From Podospora anserina (Eukaryota), in contig CM030337.1 in the NCBI GenBank assembly GCA_017654855.1, positions 806,001 to 870,000 on the forward strand: a stretch of 64,000 nt of DNA. The letters are read 5' to 3'. The translations under genes were made by a program, and so were the position numbers. The notes below the pieces were generated by a model. The model was not told the origin of the DNA and did not search any database. It worked only from the letters and a program-made list of their open reading frames with translations. Positions 36,450 to 51,033 of this stretch are shown in pieces (the stretch's first letter is position 1; the number at the start of each line of letters is the position of its first letter).

Positions 36450-38742
36450 CGTGTGCGCAATACGATACGAGATATCCAGCATATCTTGACAGCAACACAA
36501 CGATTCACTTGACAGCAACGGTTAGGAATCATCCGGGCCCTTCCCTGATTTCGGCACTCGACCTGGCCCAGAAGCAGCTCAGAAAGAGGTCACTCAACGA
36601 TCTGCAAGACCTGTGTGTGAGTGGTTCCTGACTTTGAACTGTGCAGTCCCCCACATCCATCCTGCCACACCCCCCCTCCTTCTCCCATGTACCTGCCTCT
36701 CTGCCTCCCTCCCTCCATCCCTCCCCCTACCCTTCTTTTTTTCTCTTGTTATGCTGGTGCTGGTTTCGGAAACTTAACACACGCCGGCTCCTAGACAGCT
36801 TTGAATTTCGAAACCGCACTTCCACACACACCCAACCCCCGCCCCTACCATCCCCTCCCCAAAAGGTGGAACGGCCAAACCTGCCGAACTAGCGCTCCCT
36901 GCCCTTACTCGCACCGTCGGTCGCCCTACTGCAGCAGCGTAGCACCAGAACAGGCCTCGAAAAAAAAAAGGTACGGAATACTTCTCCTCTTGGCTCTCTA
37001 GCCCCAACTTGGCTTTAGCTCCATCATCCACACTCACCCCTCTCACCCCAGTCCGTTCATGTTCTCCACTTCGTCCAGACTCCAACGTCTTGTCCCTTTT
37101 TGGTCTCTCTCCACCAAACTTATTCTCACCCCCTCCATCCTCCTTCACTCCCCCCCCGGCCACTGGCCTATCAGCGCCGGCCTTCCCGTCTGCCTTCTTT
37201 TTTCATTTCACAACGTGGGCGGAGATTTCCCTAGGCTAGTGTCAGTGCTGCTGCCCCAGTTTTGCTGTGTGTGTGTGTTCCTTCACCTAAGCTTTAACAC
37301 GCTTTTTCGCTTACCATAAACGTGCATTTGCTGGGGGTGTGTCGAACGAAAAGAGACGAAGAGCCGGCGCTGAACCTTCTTCATAACAACCAGCCTCCCT
37401 CCCCCCTCCAACCACCACCACCAACCAACCTTCACCTCCCTCCCCATCATCCGTTCCCCTTCACCTGCCAACACTTCGTCACCGGTGCGGTTTCTTTTAT
37501 TTTCTTTTTCCCACCTCTTATATATACATACATATATAAAAGGGAACTTTGGCTTTGACCCGCGCCATCCGTCATCCTAACTCCGCGCCTCGTCTTCTCT
37601 CTGGGTTTTGCGTTGTTGCTGCCGGCCGCTTCTGTCTGTCTCTTCCGTCACAACATCCACACACACATACACATACATAACATAACATAACAGCACGGTT
37701 GTGTCTTTTCCGTCCCAATTCGTTGTTGTTGTTGTTGTTTTTTTGTGTTGTGTAGTCGTCTTGTTGTTGCGGAGTGATGACAGTTGTTGTTTGAGTTTCT
37801 TTGCTCCCGTTGCTCGTACCATCCCAGCTGACACGCCGATTTTCGACCCGGCCCTGAAGCCAAAATAATTTTTGTTCACCACCAACCAAACAAACCAACC
37901 ACCCCGTTGCCATAGCGAAGAAAAACAACCTCCCCTTCATCAATACGCCCTTTTCTCCCCGGCCCCAAACGAAATTTCTTGATAGAGAAGTAGAAGTGTT
38001 CAGCTCGCAATCGTTTTGCTTGTGCTCACTTTTCGCTCCCTCCCTCGCTCTCTCTCTCTCCGCCTGGGTCCCCGCTACCTCGCACACACGCACACATACA
38101 CTCTTTATTGTCGTCATCAGAACCCAACCGCGCTGCATATCTCTCCCCGCCTTTTTGCGCTGGACGCTTCGCTCCATCAACGGCCCATTTTGTTGCGCAA
38201 GGAAAAGTTAATAACCAGTTTTTCCCCACCAACACAGCTCTTCATTCCTTTTTGAAAAAGGTTGTTCTGGGGGGGAATAGTTTTGTTTGCAATAATATTG
38301 AGGAACAAGAAGGGGGAACGACGGAGAGGAAACCACACACGCAGCGGCAGCCCGGACGCCTCTTCCGAAGAAGATACAAGGGTACACCCAAGTTCGACGT
38401 ACACATCACCAACCAACCACCTGCAACAAACTTGCTAATCATCATCGCCACTTGGGAGGGAACAAAGCTTATTTTGAGGAAGGAAGTTGGGAACATCCTT
38501 GGACGAGCTTATCACACCTCCACACGACCACCACGAGCGGGGGGCGAAACGGGGTAGAGTTGCCCTACTTATAAGGAAAGGAAGAAGGAAGAAGAAGAGG
38601 GGTTTGCAGGAAGAGCGTGCGCCTCTGTGTGTTTTTGACCAGCTCCAAGGCCTTTGACCTTTTTGCGCACGACAGAGAGAGGGCTCGATCGAAAAAGTAG
38701 GAAAGGAAAAAAGGAACAGCGAGGGAAGAGAGAGAAGGAAAG

Positions 38743-40434
<1,692 letters not shown>

Positions 40435-41501
40435 GGGGTTGGGTGGAAAAGTGGTGATGTTGCATGTTGTTGCATATTCTGGATTTTGTCTTTTTTTGGG
40501 TTGGTGTTTTTTTCCCTCTCTTCATCCATCAATACCCCCTTTTTCTTCTTTCTTTCTTTCTTTCTTGGCTTGCAGTCTCTCAGACGGGGACTGGGGCTTG
40601 TGTAACATTAGTTGTATTTGTGCGCGTGATGCGGTTTTGGATTTTTTTCTTTTCTTGTGGTATTTGCCGAGCAAACGGGAGGCTGTTGGTTTGATGTTGT
40701 TTGTTGTCGTCGTTGTCGTCGCATTTTAACCCGGAACACCACACACACAAAGGAACATTTGGGGTCGGGGGTCGGCTGGCTTATGGCTTATTTTACCATC
40801 ATCATCATCATCATCATCAATCCATCCTTTACGAATGTTTTCTGATATATGCTGAACGGCCGATGTTTATTTTCTTCATATATATTGTCTTTGCTATGTC
40901 TGTTGTCAGCTTTTTTTCCTTTTCGGAAATGAACTTTGGTTTCTGTTGTTTGAATGCTTTTGTTTTTGCGTATTGGTTTTTGATGTATGTGAGTGTGATT
41001 AGGGGTGGGTAGGGAGGAGGGATATGGAATTGTGGAATGGACATGTGTGTGTGATACCTTGGCCGTGGGTAAGGAACGGAAGGAAGGGAAAGGAAGGGAA
41101 GGGGACAAGGCAACAATGATTTTTCCTTTTCTCTCTTTTTCTTTGTTTCATAATATGGGAGGATGGTTTTGATGTTTTTTTTTCTCTCTTCTTCGAATAT
41201 TATGCTTAATTCTGAGGTTGGGGGGTATGGTGGGGGGGGGGATGGTAATGAAGAACTGACAAAAAATGATGGGATGAGGGTTGACTCAAACTTTCTGGGG
41301 GTTGTAACGATAGGGTGGTGGTGGTGGTGGTGGGGTGATGAAGTTGGGAGGATTATTTTTTTTTAAAAAAAAGGAGAGAGTGTGAGTGAGTGGTGAAGAG
41401 GTTGATCAAGTTCTTGTCTATAGCTTTGTACTTTTAGTGCTTCATATATACATACCTGTCAATGAAGTTTTCGTATTCATCTCGCTGTCCTCGGTTGTTG
41501 C

Positions 41502-41502
<1 letters not shown>

Positions 41503-41535
<33 letters not shown>
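41503..41535. repeat. (GTT)11 microsatellite
   Basis: Read directly from the sequence. Confidence 0.9.
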
Positions 41536-41537
<2 letters not shown>

Positions 41538-44500
41538 GTTTGGTGAGATCTTGTCGAAAGTCCATCACTGTCGTTGAAAAGGGGGGGTGATGGGTGGCGA
41601 GTTGACTGTTGCCGTCGAGGGGATTGGTGCAGTATGTCGAGCCGCGAGGTGTTGTCACGAGCGGTAATCTTGATGTCTCCTCCACTGCTGACCTGATATC
41701 CTCCTCTCCTCGGATGTCAAGATTGTCATCCCGTTCCTCTCGCTCCTCAGGGGTCTAACAACAGACGGGATTTGGTGTGGGTTGGTTGGCGTTGACGGTG
41801 CCGGTGGCTCCATCCCCAGCTTCAGCAAAGCAGACATTGACTTCTCTGTTCGCTTCCTTCCTCCTCTTGGCAGATTAGATGACAGGTCGCGCCTTCCTCC
41901 AACAATGCACAATCATGACCACCCGTTCCTTCCTCGTCTTTTCCACAGTGGATATTCCCATCTTATTGTTGGCCAATGCCAAACAAAGCAAAAGTAAGCC
42001 CTCCAACTGCCCCCCGCGAAGGTGGAGAAGACCCCGTCCGCAAGCCGCGCCCCCTTCAGTCCTGCGCAAACAAGGCCGAGTGTTGGACACCAGCCGCACG
42101 AATCGATTCCCCTCCAAGTTTGACGCCCCTTAACCCTCAACTCCCTCCCATAACCGCAGTGTCTCCTCCAGACAATCGTACCAGCGGCCGGACTTCGTAT
42201 CTCGGGACTTGGTTTGTTCGACGGGCTCGTGGTCAGGTTTGCCAAGAGTCGCCAGTTATTCCACGTGCAAGTGTGTGATGACAGCACATGTCTCCCCCAC
42301 CAAGGCCGGCCAGGTCTCATCCAGACCAATCGCATACCCCGTCGTCGGTGGCTGATCTATCCGTCGTCGTCGCTGATTCTGGCCATCTTCATCAACCGAG
42401 ATATCTCGTCGAGGCGAGGCGAAGTTGTCATCGGACGATCAAGTCGTACATATCGAAACGAGAAACCGAGGCTCTGAGTAAGGGAAGGACTCCCCAGAAG
42501 TGATATACAACAACCAAGGTGAGAGAGGAGCAGGCAGGCTATTAACCGCATACCAATGCCGAACAAAAAAAGAGTGGGTGGGGGGGTGGAGGGCAGCCTC
42601 GAGCAAAAAAAATACAAAACAGTAACACCGAGCAGCGCAGCACAAATCCGACGTGGCTTTGCTGCTGTGTACCACCCCCTCGCCCTACACGAGAGGTAAA
42701 GGGGGGTGTGTGCTGTTGGTCAGGAGGAGGAGGGAGGCCAGCCCTCTTTTCGGAGAAGAGAGTTGGGCTACAAAGCGGCATGCAAGAGAGCGAAAAAGGC
42801 CAGTTTGTTCAAGAGCCATTTTCCCTTTCTTGTTAAACCCAAATAGTAACAACTTGCATGCCAACAGCAGCCCCAGTTGCTGGGAAGAGGTAACCCTCAT
42901 CCCTTGGCGCCACTTACACGTAGGTTTGCTTGCCGGAGTTGGATCGGAGCCGAAGAGGTGGGTTCTGGTTGCGTGCCGACGGTCTTTTGGGGTGGGATGG
43001 CTTTGACGTGCATGAGTCCGTCAGTCCGGTCTGTAAGCTGCAGACATGTCATGTGGGCTTCGGGTATTAGCCGATGAGAATAAGACCGAGATTCTCTTTT
43101 TGGGGGCTGTTGGTTGTGGTGTTGAGCTGATGCGAATCCAACATCCAGGAGTGATATCTGAAAGTGACAGAGAATGAAAAGTGAGAAACAAAGTCTTGAC
43201 GCAAGGCAGCAGGCTTTCTGACAAGACTATCTCCCTAGCTCAAGTCGACTGCGCCGTTGGCGTAAGGTCGCAAGGTGGGAAGAGCAATGCAGCCTCGGCG
43301 CTTCCGTCCTTTTTCGTTGTTGTTTGTCTTCCCCCTTTCCCGAAGCCCGCCGCGCCGTCGTTCCAATCGAGTGCTGGCTTGATGCATCTTGCTTGGTCTG
43401 CAATAGCCAATAGAGAAGTCCGGCATGATGGTCTTGGGTGCGTTTGATTCCGGCTCAATGGGCCGCAGGCGCCGATGCGACGGTAGATCAGATATTGGTG
43501 ATCAAAGCGGCTTTCTGGAACAATTCTGGCGCGCGGCTTTTTGTGGAGTGTCTTCAGCCCTTTTTTTTTTTTTTTTTTTTTTTTTTGCCTGGGTCGTCGG
43601 CCAATCTAGGGTAATTCTGGGCTGTGTGGTGGTTGCAGACGAGGGAACTGTGGGTGCGTACATGCAGCTTGCTTCGCTTCGAGGCGGGTGGGAGGAGAGG
43701 GGAGGGATAGCTGAAGAAGTGGTTACGTGAGAGAAAAAGAAAGTAAAAAGAGTGAGAGGAACCTGAGGGTTTTCTTGGGATGAGCTGAAGAATGAATTGC
43801 CATCGTCATCGACATGTTGCCTCCGTGGCAGGCAGAACAGGTATAAGAGAGAGAGAGACGAGTATGTAACGTTGGGATGGTTTGACAGGTTTGACAAGTT
43901 GACAGCTCGGGGGAACGTGCGTCTTTTTCTGGTTTGCCCTTTTCATCTGAAGCCACATGTGTTGTACCCCCGTCTTCTCTAACAGCCTCGGGAGGGGGGG
44001 ACATTCTCTCTCACGAAAAGTGAAAAAGACGGCCGATCTTCACTTTTGTGCTTGTGATTGGCGGGGTTCTCGCAACATAAGATACGCAGTAAAAAAATAA
44101 CGAGAATTGTTGCGCCCCGCCAGAGGCCTGTGAAAGGGAAAAAAAAAGCTTTTGGTCGCCGACGCCGCCTCGCCCGGCGCATGCCAGCCCATCCAAATGG
44201 GGAAGGCCATCGATGGGGATGATTCCCCCCCCCCAAACATCCCGGGGGCCTTCCCATCTTCTTTTTTGCGAGCAAAAAAAAAATAAGCAATTCCCGATCC
44301 CGCAGCTTGTGAATCAGCATGGGGCTTTGGGACTGATGACAAGTCGAGATGGATCTGGGGAAGGGGGGGGAACCGCAACGGCTCGCAAGATCCTGGTTCC
44401 ATGTTATGGATTCGAAAGGGCGGGCCTCTTACTGGTCTGAGCACCACATTTACGTCGATGAAGCGGGCCTTGGCGCCCGGGATTTACAACATGGGTCCGA

Positions 44501-44599
44501 ACAACGACATCGCATCGCAGAACGGTGAAAGTAAACATTCCAGCTATTAAAACAATTCCATCTTACCCTACCCATCTAATCATTCCCAATCAAAGCAAA

Positions 44600-45334
44600 A
44601 TGCACATCCGAACCCTCCTCCTATCAGCCCTCCCACCCCTAGCCCTCGCCCACGGCAACCACGGCGGCGGCGGCGAAGGCGGCTCCCAAAAGCCAGCCGT
44701 AGACCCACACGCGAATTGGATGACGAGACACATGGCTGGTACGTCCCCCTTTTCAGATCACCAAATAACCCCTTTTATCTCTCAGATGCTAACCAACATT
44801 TCCCCCCGCCCAGAGGAGCACCACATAACCTCCTTCGACCCCCCCTCCTTCTTCACCCTCCACGACTTCGACTCCTCCGGCCACCTCGACGCCCCCGAAA
44901 TCGTCAAGCTCTACGGCCTCCTCGACCCCTCCAACGCCCACTACACCCCCGCCCAGCGCGACGCCTTCGCCCGCCAAATCCTCGACCTGATCGACACCAA
45001 CCGCGACGACCTCATCTCCAAAGACGAGTTTTTGCATTACTTGCTGGTGGAAGGGAAGGAGCTGCCTGATTTGGGCACGGGGCCGGGCCATCACGGGGAT
45101 GATGAGTACGAGTATGAGATTCATCACTGGGAGAAGTACCATGATGAGAATACAAAGTTGGAGGATCTGACGCATCCGGAGGATATTGAGCACTTTAAGA
45201 AGCATGAGGAGATGGAGCGGGAGGAGGAGGAGAGGGAGGAACGGGAGAAGAAGGCGAGGGAGCAAGGGGGGGAGGGGAAGGGGTGGGTGGTGGAGGAGAA
45301 TATTCCGGGCAAGTTTAGGAGGATGGATCTCTAG
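44600..45334 (+). CDS. SSP120: Secretory-pathway EF-hand protein Ssp120 (MCFD2/nucleobindin-like), exons 44600-44738 and 44814-45334; 219 aa
   Basis: Signal peptide MHIRTLLLSALPPLALA, NWMTRHMA|EEHHI, EF loops DFDSSGHLDAPE and DTNRDDLISKDE, GPGHHGDDEYEYEIHHWEKYH and NIPGKFR. Confidence 0.9.
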   Translation: MHIRTLLLSALPPLALAHGNHGGGGEGGSQKPAVDPHANWMTRHMAGTSPFSDHQITPFISQMLTNISPRPEEHHITSFDPPSFFTLHDFDSSGHLDAPEIVKLYGLLDPSNAHYTPAQRDAFARQILDLIDTNRDDLISKDEFLHYLLVEGKELPDLGTGPGHHGDDEYEYEIHHWEKYHDENTKLEDLTHPEDIEHFKKHEEMEREEEEREEREKKAREQGGEGKGWVVEENIPGKFRRMDL

Positions 45335-45597
45335 GCGGTTTTTGACCCTGTGGAAACTAGGGTGGTGAATCTACGGTGGGGCGAGGGGGAGGGATGGTGG
45401 GATTCTGGGGGTTTGTGAGGATGATTGTATGGTTCAATGTCCGATCAGGCTTCAGACACGAGTATGGATATGGCACGGCTTTCATGGTTTTTTTTCTTTT
45501 TTTTCTTCTTCTTGAATTTCCCCCGGAATAGCAATGATTAGATGTGTACATAAATCTAGGGCTGGGTGGGGGGAGGAAACTTGCTTGATCCTGTAGA

Positions 45598-46878
45598 CTA
45601 GTTTGTAATAGACGAAGAGACGTACACGTCAAAAACGACGTGCCAGACATCCGGGGCGTAAGTCTTGACCATCTCGACGTGTTCAACATTGGCTTTGAAG
45701 GTGGCGTCTTGGCTTTCAGAACACCAGCCGTCAAACAACCCCTGGATCTGGGCTTTTCGCGTCTCGATATCCTTGACCCCGACATTCTCATGGAGATGAA
45801 GCCAGCCTCCTTCCTGTTTTGACGACGACGACGGTGCAGCAAACCCTTGCACTAGGATGTCGAACGAGTCCTTCCATACCGGCTCACTAGTGGGCAAGAA
45901 ACCGCAGTTGACATGCCTCACTTTGGGCTTCTCCTCCTCGCCAAGCTCAGCTATACGACGGGCCGCATGCCGGTTGTCTTCCTGAAAGACGATGATTTGT
46001 TCCTCAGCCCCCGCTATCAGCTCCTTTGTCGGTCTGCCCAGGTCTTCTGGGGTTGTGATGACCCTGACGGTGAATTTGTTGGCCAGGGCACCTCTTCGGA
46101 GACCTTCGACGCTCCAGGGGTTGAGCTCCCAGCAGAGGACCTTCAATCCGAGGCGGGCGTAGGAGAAGACAAAGTAGCCGATTCCGGCGTAGAGGTCGAT
46201 GGCGTAGCTATTGTTGAGGGTGGCGGGGGGGAGGTAGCGGTGGGGGTGGAGGGGGGGGGAGCCGAGGGGGATGGTGGAGTGGAAGGATAGAAGGCGGGCT
46301 TTTTCCTTGATGTTGCCGCGGGAGAACATTGTGTGTAAGGGGGCCCAAGTTTGGGTGAGGGAGTTTTGTTTTGTTGAGACCCAGAGGCTGGAGGGGAAGG
46401 AGGGGGAGGTGGGGGAGCCGAAGGAGCCATGGAGGGGGTGGAGGCCGGTGGGGGAGCGGAGGATGTTTTCTTCTTGTTGATCGGATTGGAGAAGGGGGAT
46501 GCCTTCGTTTATGGCGAGGTGGGTGAGGGGTGCTTTTGGTGGGGAGAGTTGATCGAGGATGGATGTCCATAGGTCTTCGGTTTGGGAGGTGGAGAGAGAG
46601 GTGAGGAGGGAGGGCCAGGGTTCGGAGGTGAAGCTGCCGCTTGGGAGGAGGACCATGGGTTCGTAAACTACCCAACGTTTTGGAGCCGAGCCTACAAGAT
46701 TCTGCTGAACTTCTTCGAGTGTTGAGGCCCCTGTGTTTTGCTTGAGCAAATCCAGGAGAGTTGATGGTAGTGAGTTGAGCCAGGGCGTGATGGCCAGTGA
46801 GATGGGACTCTCCTTCTTTTTGGGTGGCCGGTCCACGGCTTGCGCCTTGAGATGTTGAGTTATCACTGTGTCTGTCAT
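45598..46878 (-). CDS. TRM12: tRNA wybutosine-synthesizing protein 2 (SAM-dependent aminocarboxypropyl transferase), 426 aa
   Basis: WAPLHTMFSRGNIKEK, SAM motif IDLYAGIGYF, WELNPWSVEGL, HLHENV and VKTYAPDVWHVVFD. Confidence 0.9.
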   Translation of the reverse strand: MTDTVITQHLKAQAVDRPPKKKESPISLAITPWLNSLPSTLLDLLKQNTGASTLEEVQQNLVGSAPKRWVVYEPMVLLPSGSFTSEPWPSLLTSLSTSQTEDLWTSILDQLSPPKAPLTHLAINEGIPLLQSDQQEENILRSPTGLHPLHGSFGSPTSPSFPSSLWVSTKQNSLTQTWAPLHTMFSRGNIKEKARLLSFHSTIPLGSPPLHPHRYLPPATLNNSYAIDLYAGIGYFVFSYARLGLKVLCWELNPWSVEGLRRGALANKFTVRVITTPEDLGRPTKELIAGAEEQIIVFQEDNRHAARRIAELGEEEKPKVRHVNCGFLPTSEPVWKDSFDILVQGFAAPSSSSKQEGGWLHLHENVGVKDIETRKAQIQGLFDGWCSESQDATFKANVEHVEMVKTYAPDVWHVVFDVYVSSSITN

Positions 46879-47244
46879 CTTGAGCTATCCTAGGCCTCAA
46901 TTATCTGATCAAAGGTTGAAAGGTGACAGAAAGTATGAATTGTGAGCTTGTAAGTCGCAAACACAAGTTCTTATAAGACCTGCTTTTGTGCGCTCGGACC
47001 CACTGTTAGGTGATGCCAAGTTTTGTGAGGAAAAACAGTTGGCTTGACTCGCTGCCTTAACATTGACGCTGCAAGGCTTGATCCGCTTAGAGTTTTACGT
47101 ACAATTACCTGAGAATTAGATTTAGAAAGAAAAGACAAGGACTTTGCACGCTGATGAGCCTGTTATCATTGAGCCATCTCGGTTGCTGGCAGCAGAGCCG
47201 GCCTTGGGAGTCATTTCCCAGCAACTCCTACATCAATCCCGTAA

Positions 47245-47337
47245 GCCCGATTAGCTCAGCTGGTTAGAGCGTCGTACTAATACTGGAAACAGTACTCAGT
47301 AATGCGAAGGTCAACAGTTCAATCCTGTTATTGGGCA
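47245..47337 (+). tRNA. tRNA-Ile (AAT) with a 19-nt intron (47283-47301)
   Basis: Acceptor GCCCGAT/ATTGGGC, D arm TAGCTCAGCTGGTTAGAGC, anticodon arm TCGTA-CTAATA[intron]A-TGCGA, T arm AACAG-TTCAATC-CTGTT. Mature length 74 nt. Confidence 0.92.
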
Positions 47338-47766
47338 ACACTCAATTTTTGGCTTCGAATGAACATGTTGTCCTTTCCGCTTTTGCAATCCGCTTGTATT
47401 TTTTTGTTTGTTTTGCTGACCCTTTATGCTTGTGCAAACCAACTTCCAGCTCGCCAAAGCTGCTCAAGCTAGGTAGAGGCCCCATTTTTAGGGATGCTTT
47501 AGTGATTCCATGATGATTACTATGAGCAAGCGTCCAGTCCTAGACAGCATCCGTCATGAGTGCACAGGACCGCGTCTCTCTCAGTAAGACCGTGAGATCC
47601 GACGCAACTTGGTGCTGTGAGTAGTTAAGAGCCTCAGAGCGATCACCTACCACCGTGAAACCGGGTTCGTCGCCGCTGTTTTAAAATCATGTAGTGTATT
47701 TTGAAGTCTTTTGGTTGTTGTGACATATCTACAGCCCTACCATGCTTTGACTGGGGGTCGAAGTTC

Positions 47767-50700
47767 TCACTTCTTCTTGCCCTTCTCCTCCTCCTCCTCT
47801 TCCTCCTCGTCTTCATCCTCATCATCGTCATCCTCATCCTCCTCATCCTCCTCTTCATCATCATCGTCCTCATCATCCGATATCGTCTCACCCAGAGCCT
47901 TGAGCCGTTCCTACAAAAGCAAATTAGTAACCCCCCCCCTCATATTCCTCAACCAGCCAAACAAACTCACCTTGTACTTATTAACCTTCTCCTCCAAATC
48001 CCCAAAAACCATCAACAAATCATCCAGCTCCCCCTGCGCCGCCTTCCTCTCCTTTTCCTTCTCCTCCACCAACCCCCTAGCCTTCTTCAACTCCTTGTCC
48101 TTTTCCTCCCTCTCCTTCTTCCCCCCCTCCTCCACCTCCCTAACCCTCCTTTCCGCCTTTTCCCTCATCTCCCCCTCCTTCTTCAACCTCCCCTCCAGCT
48201 CCCCAACTTTCTTCCCCCCCTCCGCCTGCGCCTTCATCAAATCAACCTCAAGCCTACTGATCGTAGCCTTCAAATCAGCCTGCTCCCCCTCCAACCTCCT
48301 CTTAACCCTCTCCGCCTCCTGCTCAGCCGATTTCCTCCCCGCCTCCAACTCCCGCCTGATCCGCTCAGTCTCCTCCTGCGAAGTCTTGCTAGCAGCAGCG
48401 AGCTGACGCTGTAGGTTCTCTTCCGTAGCTTCATGCTCAGCCAATACCCTGCGTATCTCATCCCCATGAGTACGCTGAAGAGCATCATTCGCCGCCTTGA
48501 GCCGCGAAATCTCCGCCGAGGCTTGTTGGGCGCTCCCCTGCGCGGCCGCGAGTTGCTGTCGTAGGGTAGTAAGTTGCGTCTCGGCTGTGGCGATGGTCTT
48601 GTCTTTGTCTGCCAACTGCGTGCGGAGGGTGTTGGCTGTTTCAGTTGCCCGAGCGAGATCAGCTCGGGCGCGCTGGTGCTCGGATTGTTCAGCTGTGAGT
48701 TGTTTCATGACGTTTGCTGTTTGGGCCTCCGCCGCCTGAATAGCACGGTCTTTCGTTGCCAACTGAGCCCGCAAGGCAGTCAGCGTCTCATTCGTGCGGG
48801 CGAGGTCGGTTGACTGAAGTGTTTTGGTTTGGGCGTGGGCGGCCTGTTCCTGGGATAGTTGCTTCGATAACGCCTCCCTGTCAGCAAGAAGATCTCGGAG
48901 CTCTGTTTCTTTTTGGGCGATCTCCTCTCGGAGCTCATCGACAAGTTTTCTCGAAACCCCTTCTTCAACCCCGTTGATGACAACCGAAACCTCTGCGTCT
49001 GGCTCACGGTCGATAGCGCGGAGGATCCGACTGTAGTTATCCTTGAAGAACTCGACAAAAGCGTCGTCAAAGAAAACATCCGGTAGCTTCTGGTCCAAGC
49101 CAGGCTCTAGTTTTTGCGGCAAGACTTCGTAGTCGCGCATCAGGGGGTGGGAGCGAAGTTTGGACAGTTTGTCGACATATCGATCACGGCCCATGCGTGT
49201 CATGATCATCTCCCGCACTGTGGCTCGTGGTACTGGTGAGTCCTTGGTGGAAAACTCGTAGATAACACCGGCAAGCATCGCGCTGAGACCTTGCACAGTG
49301 ACATCGCCGTGTGGGTTTTCGATGGCTGCTTGAATGAGCCCCTGGAGGTTGGTGAACTCGTCCAGGAAGTCGTTGACGCCCGGAAGATCCTCGAATAACC
49401 AGCACAAGAGCAGCATGAGATAGCCAACAATGACCCGAGGGTCTTCAGACTTGGCAACACAGCTGAGCAGATGCGCCGCAATAGTCTGGATGCTCGTCAC
49501 AACCTCTTCTCCATTGGCTTCGTCACCTTCCGTCACGCCCCTGGCCAGTGACTTGGCCTCCGGGTTGTTGCGGAGGAGGTGCAGCATCAACACCGCAGCG
49601 AACCAGTATTTGTAGGGGTCTCCAGTAAGAGACTCGGTTGTTGGCTGAAGCAATATGGTCAGGACATTGGTGAGTTGGTCTGCGTTAGCCTGGTGTGCCC
49701 GGATCGCATGATCAAGGAAATGCATGCGAACCTGAGCATGCTCGTAGAAGTAGGCTTTGAGGCAGACACAGCCGGCCAACCGTAAATCAAAGGCCTGTAG
49801 TGAGTTTACAGCAAGAACAAGATCAAGAAGACCGTCGATAACATAGACTCTTGGAATCCCGCCGTTTGCCTGAGGTCCTTGCCCGTTGGCTGCTGCTAGA
49901 TCAGCTAATGGTGATGGTACCTGAATGCCGGCAAATACTTCCTGTGCTGGTGCGTGTCCTCTGATCATGTCGGCGCATGCTAGTAGAGCTTCAGACTTGA
50001 TCGATATCTCGGCAACCGGCGAGAAGGCAATTTGGAGGGTTTCCACAAGAATTGGATCTCCCCTGGCACGGCTGGTGCGCCCACCGCGACCTCGCTCTGG
50101 CTGCAAAAGGTCACCCAGAAAGGCCTCCTGGTTTTGGGGCGTCACCGAGGCTCCAGGGACAAGGAACAACCGGATAACAGCAAGAAGAGCAAAAACACTC
50201 CTGTTTCGCAGCTCCTCAATCCTTGGCGGGAGCTCCTCCAACTCCTGTGGCCCTCCATATGCGTCTTTCAATAGACGGCTGGCTTCTGCCAGGTAACCCA
50301 TATCCCTGAACATGGCCTGATTTGTTGGGTTAAGCCGGAGCAAGTTGGCCATCAAGATCAGACAGTTGACCACCACTTCTGCCCCACCAGCAAGACCGCC
50401 TTCTGTCCTGACGATGCCAAATACCCTCCCAAAGACGTTTTCAAAAGCCACGAGGCCTTGAATAACCGTGGATATTGGTGTGAGATCCGTGAGCAGGCCA
50501 ACCGCAGCGTCCCGGATAGGCTCCCTTTGCTCGTCCAAGGCGGCTACAATCCGGGCAATGCCATCCTCGGCATTCACTATGCACTCCTCGGTCCTCTCTG
50601 GGCGTGCTGACAGGACGGCTGCAAGTAGTTGTAACGAATACAACCTCGAGTAAAAGTCGAGTCTCTCCCTGTCCAAAAATCCCAGCAGTAACCCAATGTT

Positions 50701-51033
50701 CTCATGGCGCATGGTAAACTCATCTGCAACCCACATGGCAATCTCTGGTGAGGCCTCGGGGCTGTCCGGGTCCGGCTCGAAGAGATACAGCAACGTCTCG
50801 AGCACCACCTTGACTGTGTCGACATCCTCCCCATCCCGATCCAGACTTCCTATCAGACTTCGTAGAGCACCGGATGCTACAGAGGCGGGGTACTGTTTGG
50901 CGAAGCTACGCAGACCAAGGATGGCGGCGCGGCGGTCCTCGAGGAGTGTTGCTGTGCTGAGGCGGCCGCTGAGGATGGGGATGGTCTCGCTCACCGACTG
51001 CTTGGCCGGAGCGGTGGTCAATGTCGACAGCAT
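47767..51033 (-). CDS. USO1: ER-Golgi tethering factor Uso1/p115, exons 51033-47971 and 47910-47767; about 1068 aa
   Basis: QSVSETIPILSGRLSTATLLEDRRAAILGLRSF head domain, long coiled coil, ELDDLLMVFGDLEEKVNKYK|ERLKALGETISDDE and an acidic tail. Intron GTGAGT...ACTAAT...TAG. Confidence 0.95.

Noticed and set aside
41560..42500. Coding-like stretch downstream of the transcription factor
   Set aside because: Only short ORFs, with no consistent frame, splice model or domain.
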